From: Paramecium tetraurelia
Lineage: Eukaryota
Direction of reading: 5' to 3'
Length of the DNA stretch: 60,621 nt
Assembly: GCA_000165425.1 (NCBI GenBank)
Contig: CT868319.1
Span: 434,001 to 494,621, forward strand
In this document: positions 39,216-52,977 of the stretch, one piece after another
Layout: every line of letters begins with the position of its first letter
How positions within the stretch are numbered: the first letter of the stretch is position 1
Made by a program: the position numbers and the translations under genes
The notes under the pieces: model-generated
Databases searched by the model: none
Told to the model about the DNA's origin: nothing
The model's input: the letters and a program-made list of their open reading frames with translations, nothing else

Positions 39216-40602
39216 TCAAATTAAAGTGAGAATTTCTTTAAATTCCTTTAGATTAAGTGGTTTATGTAGCACATCGCTCATTCCTGCTTTTAAGCAATTT
39301 TCAATATCATTCGAGTTAGTAAAAGCAGTTAAACCAACAATATGAATTCTGGGTAGTATGTTGTCATTCATCATTTTAATTAATTTCTCTGTTGCTTGAC
39401 AACCATTTAGAATAGGCATCTAATAATCCATCAAGATGAGAGTTAATAATGAACACTTCTTACTACATTTCTTTATGTTCAAAATATCTACACATGCTTA
39501 TTGTCCATTGAATGCCTAAGATAACACATAAAATTGTTTACCAAAATTACTTCAAATCCCAATTTACACAAGAGCATCTAAATCGACTTTTGATTGAATA
39601 TTTCATCATCAACAGACATAATTCGTTGACACTGACATTTCTTTCTTCTCTTATACGTTTATAACAGTTCTTCATCCTCCTGTTCTTCTGCCTACTTGAT
39701 AAACTGAATGCTAAGTATTTTGGAATTGTTAGATCTTTATGATGAATTTTCATTCCTGCTGAAATGTCTTTTTTCAATTATGACTTTTTAAGGGGAACTA
39801 CAAACGATGTCAGTAATTAAAGAAGGCTATACAGGACTTAACAAACCAAATTTTTAATCTAATGAGTCATAAACAACACTTTCACTAAACATGGAATTGT
39901 CATTTGATTTCTATGAACAAAGTTTAGTTTTTTATTTTTTTGGAAGACTCTTCAAACCTTAATCCGTTGTCTAAATAATTGTACCATTTAAATTATTAAG
40001 TGAGGTAGTTAAATGAACAGAACTTTGAAATCTTTATGTGTTTTACCTAATTGTAGGCTATTTAACACTGTTAAACTTCGGTAATAAATTCCTAATAAAA
40101 AAAGATACCTTTGAACCCATGTTAATTCCATCGGATTCAAACTTAATTGTACTTCTATCAGAGGGTCCCAATTTAGATACTAGCATTGCTGAAATCAATA
40201 ATCCAAATCCCTGCCAAGATTTATTTAATTGGATCTCCTTGTGATTCTTCAGATTGTTTAAATATGATTATATCTAGGTTATGTTCAGAGATGAAACCCC
40301 CTATCCCATATCAGTCACAGTAAACTTCAGGATGTCTTTCGTATGAGATTAGATTTTCAAGACAATCAATCCTTCAGTTGAGAATTTGATGGAGTTTTGT
40401 AGTAAATTCACCAATATTTGCATTAGTTTACTATAGTCAGATATTACAGTAGCTGTACAACAATCCATTAGGTCTACTCTAAATTCAAGATTCTTCTCAG
40501 CAAATTACATTGTAAAGAGTGAATTAACTTCATTTATTAATTCTCTCATTGAAAATTCCTTAATCAAAAGTTCTAAATTGTTTGTACTTGAGGATGTGAA
40601 AT
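39216..40602 (-). CDS. Hybrid histidine kinase 2, 3' part (HATPase and receiver), cut by assembly gap
   Basis: NLLQNSIKF, DMGQG, VDDEIFN, DYQMPILNG, TAF, KPL; TGA at 39216-39218. Confidence 0.88.
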
Positions 40603-40752
40603 NNNNNNNNNNNNNNNNNNNNNNNNNNNNNNNNNNNNNNNNNNNNNNNNNNNNNNNNNNNNNNNNNNNNNNNNNNNNNNNNNNNNNNNNNNNNNNNNNN
40701 NNNNNNNNNNNNNNNNNNNNNNNNNNNNNNNNNNNNNNNNNNNNNNNNNNNN
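40603..40752. other. Assembly gap (150 N)
   Basis: Run of N. Confidence 1.
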
Positions 40753-42758
40753 TGCCATGAACTTACAATCATTGATTGTCGTATTCAATCTCCTTTTTCT
40801 TTAAACAAGAGCAGCCAAATTATCAGTTTCTTAATCAACCCCATAGATTACCTAATATAATCAAACCATTTCATAATTTAATTCGACATTCAAATATAAT
40901 ACCACCCTTTTAATAGAAGGACAAGAATTTTAATTTCTGATTGTAGAGTTTCAGTAAACTTCAAATGAAAATTCAAAAATTGCTCTATTATTCAATGAAC
41001 ACTCCCCAACCTTCTAGATCAATTAAACTATTAAATTTAAAGATATGGATTATGACAGGTATTAATTCTGAAGTCATTTAGTTACGCCTTAAAAAAATAT
41101 AATCATTAGTTGTAGATTCAAAACTCACCTAATCCTAAATTTATTACTATTCTCAGTAATATTTCAATCTTCTTCGATTTAACATTAACAGGTACTAATG
41201 TTTAAATATGTTTAAATAATTGCAGTAACAATGGAAAATGTATAAAAGGGGAATGTCATTGTAGTTCTAATTTCATTGGGAAAGATTGTTCATTAGCTGC
41301 CAACAGAGTTAAAGATCTAGACTTGGAGAAATCAAACATTATCAAATTATGAAACTTTTTTTTATTATCAATAGCAGAACATGTCAAAGGAACTCGATTT
41401 AACATTTTACGTAATTTTCAGAATAATTTTAGACTGATAGTCAAAAAAATCTAAGTATCTTAGAAATTGTCTCTTCATTTATCCATTTACCCACTTTGAG
41501 GTTTTATGACTTCTATGAACAATTCAATAATTCAATGCCTCTCGCTTAAACAATTACATCAAAAGGCTTATTAGACTATGAAAAAAAATAATATTAATAA
41601 GAATACACAGAAGAAGAGGGATATCATGGAATCTCTTCATTGCTCGATGAGTCTCCTTCTAGGCTCATTGTGGCTGTTTGGTGTGACTATCCTAATACAT
41701 AACTATCGATATCATTGTAAAAAAGTAAGAATAGAAGAAATGATCCAGAATTATTAGAATGGCTCTTGCCTTTAGTTATTATAGGAGGGATATTTTTTAT
41801 TTTGATAATTGTGCTCTCAATAAGGTATTTCATAAGAAAAAAAAAGAAATTTGGAAATGACTATGAATAAGTACAAGAAGTACAGGCTTGTCAAGTTTGC
41901 GGTTTATGTTAACAGGGTCTAAAAGATAACAATGATACTGTTTTCAAATCGAAAACTTGTAAATACAATCATTTTTTCCACAATAGATGTCTAAATTCAA
42001 TTCTAGATAAATATCCGAAACATGGAAACTGTCTAACATGTGAATAGCAATTTCAAACTTAATTAACTCAATAAAAAAAAAGCACAATCCTATGAATATT
42101 TTGTTTATATACTTAAAATCTTTGCAAAAACAAAATGTTATTTACTTAATGAAACCTAATAATTATGAATAAAACTAACCTCTTTATATTGAAATATTAA
42201 TAAGGAAAAGATAGTCTTCAGCAGGAAACAATAGAATAAAATTAGCAATAACATTATCTGCAACATCTAAAACCTATTCAATATAAATTATATTTAATAT
42301 ATTTAATTAGAAACTATTTAATTCATCAAATTCAATCTAATCTTAAGATATTTTTAATAACTTTTTACATCTTATCTAATATTTGGCAATTTGGAGAAAT
42401 TAGGATATTCAAATGCTTTGATTAAATAGATAAAACTATATATTTCAAAATTTAACTATTAGAAGAACATCATAGCTTTCACCAAAGGATAGCACATAGT
42501 TAGACATATCATAGAGATTGAATTTATAGATTATGAATTGCTCTCCTTATTAATAGATTGTTTGTTGAACTTTCGAAATTAAAATGATTTATATAAAGGA
42601 TTCCACAACGCATATTAATTTAAGTTTCTTACAACAATTTACGTTATTGAAAATGATGGAAATCAATTATAATTTTTCTAAAGAATTGCTTATTTTATGG
42701 ATTGCACCTGCCGAAAATTAGGGCTGACTTCCCAAAATTCATAATGCAAACAACAATA
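40753..42758 (+). repeat. Near-identical direct copy of 46318-48317, containing a frameshifted EGF-TM-RING copy (40757-42095)
   Basis: Matches except an extra C near 41301, an extra A near 42244 and a replaced block at 42703-42733. Flanked by gaps on both sides. Confidence 0.93.
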
Positions 42759-42908
42759 NNNNNNNNNNNNNNNNNNNNNNNNNNNNNNNNNNNNNNNNNN
42801 NNNNNNNNNNNNNNNNNNNNNNNNNNNNNNNNNNNNNNNNNNNNNNNNNNNNNNNNNNNNNNNNNNNNNNNNNNNNNNNNNNNNNNNNNNNNNNNNNNNN
42901 NNNNNNNN
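42759..42908. other. Assembly gap (150 N)
   Basis: Run of N. Confidence 1.
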
Positions 42909-44978
42909 TTTTTATTTTTTTGGAAGACTCTTCAAACCTTAATCCGTTGTCTAAATAATTGTACCATTTAAATTATTAAGTGAGGTAGTTAAATGAACAG
43001 AACTTTGAAATCTTTATGTGTTTTACCTAATTGTAGGCTATTTAACACTGTTAAACTTCGGTAATAAATTCCTAATAAAAAAAGATACCTTTGAACCCAT
43101 GTTAATTCCATCGGATTCAAACTTAATTGTACTTCTATCAGAGGGTCCCAATTTAGATACTAGCATTGCTGAAATCAATAATCCAAATCCCTGCCAAGAT
43201 TTATTTAATTGGATCTCCTTGTGATTCTTCAGATTGTTTAAATATGATTATATCTAGGTTATGTTCAGAGATGAAACCCCCTATCCCATATCAGTCACAG
43301 TAAACTTCAGGATGTCTTTCGTATGAGATTAGATTTTCAAGACAATCAATCCTTCAGTTGAGAATTTGATGGAGTTTTGTAGTAAATTCACCAATATTTG
43401 CATTAGTTTACTATAGTCAGATATTACAGTAGCTGTACAACAATCCATTAGGTCTACTCTAAATTCAAGATTCTTCTCAGCAAATTACATTGTAAAGAGT
43501 GAATTAACTTCATTTATTAATTCTCTCATTGAAAATTCCTTAATCAAAAGTTCTAAATTGTTTGTACTTGAGGATGTGAAATCAACAATGTCACTTATTA
43601 AGTATGATTGGATTCTGAGAGAGTTTATTGCTGGAACAATGTACTTGTTTTTAATTCGCTCTGAAAATTCAGTATCTTACAGAAAAGCAGATAGAAAATT
43701 GATCGCTCCGTTTAAAGGAGTTCTCAATTCATGCGAGAATGATTCTAAAATCTAATGATAGATAATAAATATGATTACTTTTGATTTGAATTCGTCTTCT
43801 GAGATTAACTATTGAAGTTCATTTTGCTTTGAAATATCATTAAGAAGAAGTATGATTTCTTCGTTTTATTGATTAGTCAATATAGATCCAGACAATTGGA
43901 ATTTCTTCTATTGAGTATGATTTGTGTTAGCATTTTCTACAAGTCCTTAATAATTTTGATGGCATAGCAACTCTAATGAATTGTTTACTATGTATTCTGA
44001 AAAGAGACCTTCAGAGAGATTTGCTATAATCTCAGCGAGTGTAAATTTGAGTGTGTTATGTTCCACGGAGTCAGCTTATCTTGAGGATATACATTGTCCT
44101 GAGGATCCTGAGAGTGGAGCTGGTGTAAGACAGTTTTGATCCTGTTAAAAAAAACGATTTTATTTGCTTCTGAGTCTTTGGCGAATTTTTAAATACGAAA
44201 AGGATTGGCAGATTTAATCTATATTGTCTTGGACTAAATTAAATTGTAACTTATGAAGGAGGAGATCCTCAAATTCCTGGTCACTCTCACAAAACATCGA
44301 AAAGAATTATTGCGCAGTTTTATTTTTGAAATTGATTTTTTGTGTTTTTGAATTGATCATCACAAATGATACAGGAATCATTTAAATTCTGTTTTTCCAC
44401 AAATTATCTTATTCTTACTAGGAAATTAAACTTTAAGCTAATGGAGTTTATTAATTTGGATCAAACTGTTGTGTATGTTTGACCTGAGACAATCTATTAA
44501 GTTCCAATAGAAATTAGAAGGATACCGAAATAATTGATATTAAATCGAAATTGATTATGATGATAAATAAGGTGATTGCTCTAGTTGCAATTATCTCGAA
44601 GTATCGAAAGTACTTTTTATCAACCTCTTGGACTTCAAAAGAATGCAAGAGCATAATTAAGGCGCTCTTTAATTAAATGTCGAGTAATGCTATCATTAAT
44701 AATGTAGATAGCCTACTGATAAATATACATATTTTCTTAAATAGCAGAGTTTTATTAGTAAGTGCAATCATTTAAGTGGTAACAGCAAAAATGGTATTTA
44801 GAATGCAAACCGTAATAGTAAATATGAGTTGTGAGTCATATTAGACGATCATGAGTGCGTTTATAGTTAATTAAAAACAAAAAAAAATGGCAATTGAATG
44901 ATCTCTTTGGAAAATATTCCCTAAATGTTATTAATTTTGAGAAAGCAAGTACGTACCATTCATCTCTATTTATTTCAT
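42909..44978 (-). CDS. Hybrid histidine kinase 2, 5' part (multi-TM region and HisKA)
   Basis: H-box FSHELRTPLN. 42909-43582 repeats 39929-40602, so merging the overlap gives one complete gene. Confidence 0.85.
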
Positions 44979-46321
44979 TTTCACTTTTTAAATAATTTAT
45001 ACTTCTTTAATATAATCTTAATGAAAATAATAAATTATAATATTGCTTTTCTTATATACACTTTAATTCATTTCATGACATACGACTAGAAGAGTAATAA
45101 GAATAATGATATATAGCTACGTCCAGTTCTCACATTTAGATTTCTAGAATTTTCTCCAAAGTTGTTTCACAGAAAGTTATTCTGAAAATACTTGAGTGGG
45201 AGTTGAATGAAAAATGGATTAAACTAGGCTATTTATTCATAGACACATTGCTAATTAGAATTTTGTTTGGTTAATTATAAAATACAGTCATTCATAATGA
45301 ATAGGCTTACTTAGATTTTTTAAATCCTCAAATAACACCTTAATCTACTCTTGATGATCGACTTCTTGCTTAGGTAATTCGAATTGGAACTAATTTAAGT
45401 TGATTTCCACAAAGTGCAGCTCATTTTACAAGAATTTGGTCGTTAAATATTGAGAGATATCTATTATAATTAATAAGAGTCCTCTTGAATTTCTTATGCT
45501 AAAACATTGACTCTGATATGATGTCAAATTACTGCAACTTATGATTGATGTAATCAAATTGAATGTGCAAAAACAAAATTTTATAACCAATTTACTTTTT
45601 TCGAATTCCACATTTCCTTTTGTAAAAAAGTGGTTTTTTATTTCAAAATTTGCATATCACTATCGAACCTTCTATTAATATTCTTTAAATTCGAAGCATA
45701 CTCTTAATATTTATTATTTCCAATCCAATTTCGTAAGCTTTTCTAAGACGGTAGGAACACTTTTCATTCTGATTCAAAGTTTTTTAATTGCCATCATTAT
45801 TATTCTTTCCTTTTGAGTATTTTCAATATTTATTTAGGATTTTTCATTACTAAATTTTACATACTTTACTTCCTGCCTACAAAATTTGTTTTGAATTCCT
45901 ATCCATCAAAGTGTCTGCTCTTCTTGAATTATATAAATTTCATTTAATTTGTGAAACTTACCTTAAAAGCATGAACAGTTTTTATATTTGAAACAATTAG
46001 GGATCACTTGCAGTTATAATAGTTTTTGACTTTTACCACAAAACTTAATCCATCCTCAGTACTTGATATAATGGTAGACATGGATTGTTCCTAATCTTCA
46101 ATTTACTTAAGCATCTAACATCCCTAGGGTTTGTATAATAAAAGTAGGGAAGTAAAGAGGGAGTTGTCATAAATAATTATATATTATATTAAAAGTCTTT
46201 CCTTTTGGCATATATAATTATTCTATATATTTGATTTGTTTCCATGTAATTACAACATCATTGACAACAATTATATTGAATGAGAACTTCTTATGTTAAT
46301 AATTAATATTTCATAATTGCC

Positions 46322-47659
46322 ATGAACTTACAATCATTGATTGTCGTATTCAATCTCCTTTTTCTTTAAACAAGAGCAGCCAAATTATCAGTTTCTTAAT
46401 CAACCCCATAGATTACCTAATATAATCAAACCATTTCATAATTTAATTCGACATTCAAATATAATACCACCCTTTTAATAGAAGGACAAGAATTTTAATT
46501 TCTGATTGTAGAGTTTCAGTAAACTTCAAATGAAAATTCAAAAATTGCTCTATTATTCAATGAACACTCCCCAACCTTCTAGATCAATTAAACTATTAAA
46601 TTTAAAGATATGGATTATGACAGGTATTAATTCTGAAGTCATTTAGTTACGCCTTAAAAAAATATAATCATTAGTTGTAGATTCAAAACTCACCTAATCC
46701 TAAATTTATTACTATTCTCAGTAATATTTCAATCTTCTTCGATTTAACATTAACAGGTACTAATGTTTAAATATGTTTAAATAATTGCAGTAACAATGGA
46801 AAATGTATAAAAGGGGAATGTCATTGTAGTTCTAATTTCATTGGGAAAGATTGTTCATTAGCTGCAACAGAGTTAAAGATCTAGACTTGGAGAAATCAAA
46901 CATTATCAAATTATGAAACTTTTTTTTATTATCAATAGCAGAACATGTCAAAGGAACTCGATTTAACATTTTACGTAATTTTCAGAATAATTTTAGACTG
47001 ATAGTCAAAAAAATCTAAGTATCTTAGAAATTGTCTCTTCATTTATCCATTTACCCACTTTGAGGTTTTATGACTTCTATGAACAATTCAATAATTCAAT
47101 GCCTCTCGCTTAAACAATTACATCAAAAGGCTTATTAGACTATGAAAAAAAATAATATTAATAAGAATACACAGAAGAAGAGGGATATCATGGAATCTCT
47201 TCATTGCTCGATGAGTCTCCTTCTAGGCTCATTGTGGCTGTTTGGTGTGACTATCCTAATACATAACTATCGATATCATTGTAAAAAAGTAAGAATAGAA
47301 GAAATGATCCAGAATTATTAGAATGGCTCTTGCCTTTAGTTATTATAGGAGGGATATTTTTTATTTTGATAATTGTGCTCTCAATAAGGTATTTCATAAG
47401 AAAAAAAAAGAAATTTGGAAATGACTATGAATAAGTACAAGAAGTACAGGCTTGTCAAGTTTGCGGTTTATGTTAACAGGGTCTAAAAGATAACAATGAT
47501 ACTGTTTTCAAATCGAAAACTTGTAAATACAATCATTTTTTCCACAATAGATGTCTAAATTCAATTCTAGATAAATATCCGAAACATGGAAACTGTCTAA
47601 CATGTGAATAGCAATTTCAAACTTAATTAACTCAATAAAAAAAAAGCACAATCCTATGA
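46322..47659 (+). CDS. Type I membrane protein with signal peptide, EGF-like domain, TM helix and cytosolic RING-H2-like finger
   Basis: CLNNCSNNGKCIKGECHCSSNFIGKDC; TM WLLPLVIIGGIFFILIIVLSI followed by RKKKK; CGLC...CKYNHFFHNRC...CLTC; two introns. Confidence 0.85.
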
Positions 47660-47728
47660 ATATTTTGTTTATATACTTAAAATCTTTGCAAAAACAAAAT
47701 GTTATTTACTTAATGAAACCTAATAATT

Positions 47729-48412
47729 ATGAATAAAACTAACCTCTTTATATTGAAATATTAATAAGGAAAAGATAGTCTTCAGCAGGAAACAATAGAA
47801 TAAAATTGCAATAACATTATCTGCAACATCTAAAACCTATTCAATATAAATTATATTTAATATATTTAATTAGAAACTATTTAATTCATCAAATTCAATC
47901 TAATCTTAAGATATTTTTAATAACTTTTTACATCTTATCTAATATTTGGCAATTTGGAGAAATTAGGATATTCAAATGCTTTGATTAAATAGATAAAACT
48001 ATATATTTCAAAATTTAACTATTAGAAGAACATCATAGCTTTCACCAAAGGATAGCACATAGTTAGACATATCATAGAGATTGAATTTATAGATTATGAA
48101 TTGCTCTCCTTATTAATAGATTGTTTGTTGAACTTTCGAAATTAAAATGATTTATATAAAGGATTCCACAACGCATATTAATTTAAGTTTCTTACAACAA
48201 TTTACGTTATTGAAAATGATGGAAATCAATTATAATTTTTCTAAAGAATTGCTTATTTTATGGATGCCATGAAATATGAAATCCATATTAGTAAAATTCA
48301 TAATGCAAACAACAATAAAATATGGGATAGTAGCAGTTAAATTGGAAGAATAATATAATCAATAAACATTACTAATGAAACAAATATGAATTAAATTATT
48401 GAAAATTAGTGA
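47729..48412 (+). CDS. Hypothetical protein, possibly a highly degenerate small-GTPase fold
   Basis: Intronless 227-aa code-6 ORF with only vague G-box-like spacing. Confidence 0.4.
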
Positions 48413-48435
48413 ATTGCAAATCAAATAAAGTTGGA

Positions 48436-49126
48436 TCAACAACACATTGAGTCATCCTGTTTTTATTAATCCTGATTTGGAGTTGAGCTTAGCTTGTTGA
48501 AAGAACCATTTTATTGTTAAGGAAGTTTTTCAAGTTATTCTTTAATTGTTTTTGCAATTTATTAAAAGGTATCATTAATGTTAGTTCCTTCCTTTGCACT
48601 AGTTTCAAAGTAAGGTATGTTGTATTTTTAAGCCATCTAAAGGGCTTATTCATAAGAGATGCATCTATCTGGAAGATCTGTTTTGTTTCCTAAGAATAAT
48701 AATATTATTATAAATTCACCTATTAATACTTTAATGATATTGTCACTTGCATGTTATTTAATTTGGTTCATCCATTTGTCAATATCATTAAAGGTTTCTT
48801 TGTCATTCACTGCAAAAACAAGTATAATACCCATAGCTCCCTTGTAATATGTTTAAGTGATAGTTTAATAGCGTTCTTATCCTGCAGTGTCCCAAATTTA
48901 CATCTTGACGACTTTCTCATCTACTTGTATTTTTTTGATTTTGAAATCGATTCCTTATGGATAGTAAAGAATAAAAAATACCAATCGTACTCAGAAATGA
49001 AGATTTAAATTGATTTTCTGTATATCTCAACAAAATTTGTGTTTTTCCAACTCCAGAATTTCCAATGAGTAAAATTTTGATCAACAAATCATAGGTATCC
49101 TTTGCCTTTTTCACCAGTGATGACAT
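48436..49126 (-). CDS. RAB8: Rab8/Sec4-family GTPase
   Basis: [60 protein letters not shown]-terminal CC. Confidence 0.93.
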
Positions 49127-49215
49127 TGTTAATTTTAATAATATAAATGTTGTGAATATTAAATTAACTTCTATAATTTAGAAAATTTAAATAGTAAAAA
49201 ATATAAAAATAGATA

Positions 49216-51968
49216 TCAGATATTGAGTCGATTAAAAGCGTCGATCAACAATTCCTTTGTAGCAGGCTTAATCAGAACACTATTAAATCCTTCATTTATG
49301 CTCTTCTATTGATCTTTGATGCTACAGAATGCAGTAACTGCAATTACAGGAATGGTTCTGGTGAGATGAATCTCATTTTCTATTTGTCGTATCATCTAGA
49401 CGGTTTCCCATCCGTTCATCATCGGCATATTGATATCCATTAAGATGCAATTATATCCAATACAAAATTTCTGATTGCATCTCTTGAGTAATTGGTTTTG
49501 AACCTTCTCAATGGCTTGTTTGCCATTATAAGCAGAATCGATATCGAATCCTAATTATTTAACCATATGCGAAAGAACCTAAATATTAAAATCCTCATCA
49601 TCAACAATAAGAATTATTTTGCAATTGCATTCATTAAGCACGAGATCAAGCTGCATCTCTGACTACCCCTATTTCTCTGTGATCTGAAGATTATTACATT
49701 TATTGTAGTTCATCACACGTACTTATTAGGTACTTTGAGCATCCACATTTGGAATTGTGTGATTGTTTGATCTTTGTAAGAAATTTGAAGCATAAATTGA
49801 TTCATCATGATATTTCAACAGGAAATTGAATTAAGTACCTTCATCTTTAGTTGATTCAACAGAAAGGTAATTTTGACCTATCGGAGACATCAATTTTATA
49901 ATTTGTTTACTGACAGACAATCCCAAGCCAATACCAACAGAATGTTTAGATACCTTTTCATCCTCATCAGTTAGATGTAACTACTCTAAATTAAAAGGAA
50001 TACCTTTTTTCTTAAGATGCTTAACTCATCCTCTGTCATTCCAATGCCTGTATCATTGATTTAAACTTCAAGCAAATTACTATCTTGGTAATTAGCAGAG
50101 TGTAAATCTATTCCTTCCATTGACTCGATATACTCTTACTTTTGAACTATGATATTGATTCCGCCTTTGAAGGTGAATCGAATTGAATTACCAATCAAAT
50201 TTAAGAGCACCTAACATAATCTTTGTCTGTCTCCACTGATGATATATGAAGTCTTAGGCAATTCCACATTAATTATCAAGGATTTTCTTTCAATCTGATT
50301 TCTAAATAAATCCACACACTCCAAAATGACAGTATTGATATCAAATTTATCAGATTTCAATTAAAAACTATCCTCTAAAATGTCTCTGTAATCAAAGAAA
50401 TCATAGATCTTGTATCGTTGTAATTTTGTGTAACTCAAGGCTTGTTCCAGTTGGATGTGGCAAGATTCCTATTTGAGCAATTTATCCTAACTTTGTTTTA
50501 TAAACCCATAAACAGCGTTGAGGTTGGTGAGCAGTTCATGGGATATGGATCTCAAAAGATTCTTTTTTATTGATTCTAATTTCTTGAGTTTGGTTCTTAA
50601 TAAAATTTGATTGACCTCATGAATGAAATATATTTACAATTCATCATCGTTATCGAATATATTGCAGTTTTCTAATACATTAATTAAGAATTTCATTTTA
50701 TGAACATAGACTGGTTTTGTTTTATTAAAGAAATTCACTTCTTGGTCTAGTAGAGATTATTTGTGACCTGAATTCCTATATTCTTTACTATTTAATAAAC
50801 AATCAGCAGATACTTTTCTACTAGAAGCCATATAGTTTTGTTGTTTTTATGTTTTATTTTGGAGATTAGATTTTTTGTGTTGACTCTTCTTACCCGCTGA
50901 TTGTAAATGAAATTGAGGTGGATTGTTAACTTCAATTCTCATTGTTACATCAGATGTGAATGTTTTTTGGATTATCGATTCATCTTCTGGATTTTTAAAT
51001 GCTTGGAAGAACTTTTAAAATTGAACATGGTTTTTAGGCCGAACTGTTGGAATCTCAAGGGTGAAGGCTTTCGAATATTATATTGAGTTTTTATCTTTGC
51101 TATAAGTAACATTCTTAATTTTATACTGATCATCGAGGTACAAATCATCATCATCGAAATCGAATTGGACAACATTTTGATTGTTATTTAATTCATCCAA
51201 TTACAAATTTTACAAGAAAGTTAATTAGTTTTTAGTAAAATTGTTAGTTGCTGCTGCTCCCTTTTCTGGGGAATGATCAGTTTCTGATTGATTTGTACTT
51301 TCTAACTTATTAGCTAGATTTTCGAATAATTTATTGGAATAGAGCAGCCAATTTTTATCCTTATGTGCAATACACATAGCTTAAGGTGTAGAATCGATTA
51401 TTAAAAACAGTGCTTATAAATTTATGAAATGCTGCATTTATTAGAGCTCTTTTCTAGCAATTTGCATGAATAAAAGAGTAATAGTAAGATATAGTCCTTC
51501 TTAGGATGATAGATCCGCTAACAAGATAGTTTAAATTAAAAAGATTATTATAGCAATTACTTTCCATAGTATTGTCGAATACATACTTTAAAAGATGACG
51601 CATGTCGCAGTGTAAAATATGAGGTAGCTTTCATTTATAACAAAGTAACAAAGCACACTTAAGGATTCCTGCAATATCAAAGGAACAAACTACAAAAACT
51701 ATGACTCTTTGTGAATGATTTTCGGAAGACATAAAAATAGGATTAAATGAACCAGAATTTCTACTCCAAAAATTATCCATAACATTAAGTTATCGGCAAC
51801 AATTGATAATTTTATGATGATAAAAATTACTTACATAATCATTAATGGTCTGAATGAAAGATCTGCCCATTAAGTATAGTTGTGCCATTTCCATGACTAA
51901 TATTATTAGTTTTAAAATGTCTTTAGATATTTCAGCATTGCCTTATACAGAGTTTAACATTTTAGCAT
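49216..51968 (-). CDS. Hybrid sensor histidine kinase 3
   Basis: Multi-TM N-terminus, ISHELLTNLN, NLIGNSIRFT, DTGIGM, GIGLGL, receiver VDDEDFN..DINMPMMNG..TAF..KP. Confidence 0.92.
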
Positions 51969-52089
51969 TGAACTATTAAATAAAATATTTATAATAGTTT
52001 ATATATTCGATGAGGTAATAATATAATAATATCTTTAAATTAATATAATCTCTCACTTTTTTTTAGAATCCTCAAACTTATAACGAAAA

Positions 52090-52977
52090 ATGAAAGAAGA
52101 AGACAACAATATAATTAAATAAGTAATTTGCATCAATATTGGATTAGGAAGAACATTAATTGTATATTTAACATTACATGATACCATTAAACTATCTCTC
52201 TATTCCTAACTAAATAGAGCCCTACCATACCACCCTCTAACTCTTAACGGAAGAGAATCACCATCTGCGCAAATTACTCAACCTTAATCAATAACACTAA
52301 ATAATCTGTTTGACTAAAGAATAACTCCAGGAGGAAGTCTATAAAATGATCGATTTCCTCATGAAACATCTCAACTATCTATCCAAAGAATAGATCTTTG
52401 CTTATTAAAAAACCTTTCGTTGTTATGCTTAAAAAAAGGCACTTAAATCTATTTTCTTCTAGATTTTCACTAGATACTTACAAGTATAAATATAGCATCA
52501 TTTATGCCTAGGCTGTGAAGACCAGGGAAGAAATGATAAAATTTATTATTCGTAAAAGTATGAAACACCAAAGATAAAGTCAGAGCAAGGAATAAATAAA
52601 AGAGAAAAAAGAAATCAGGAAGATGAATATTGCATTCGTCAAGCAATTATTCTAAAATACTTCCTATTAATAAAATTACTCTAATTTTTTAAGTATCAAT
52701 ATTACATCCGATTTAATTAGATCAATATCTATAATTGGCTTTGAATGAAAATTAATAGAAAATTAAAAAATATGTACTATTTATAGTTGATTTGATATAA
52801 TCTGAGTAAATAAATGTAATGATTACGATTATTCCCTCTTAGCAAGTCTTGAACTACAAGAGATTCCCTTGGCTCAATGATTGGATTAATTAATCAGTTC
52901 AAATAGCTTAAGAATTACAAAATCTTTAGAACTAAGAACCTAAAAAAGCAAAATCTGATTACTACCTTACCAAATGA
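52090..52977 (+). CDS. Hypothetical ciliate-type protein
   Basis: Code-6 frames containing KRPREEMIKFIIRK-like and YKRFPWLNDWI motifs. Intron structure not fully resolved. Confidence 0.55.

Noticed and set aside
42718..42723. TTAGGG as a telomere seed
   Set aside because: Single hexamer, not the Paramecium TTGGGG/TTTGGG repeat, and no array.
45060..46310. Coding-like minus-strand stretch with a GTAAGT..AG intron
   Set aside because: Multiple stops and frame changes and no identifiable family; probably a pseudogene but boundaries cannot be supported.
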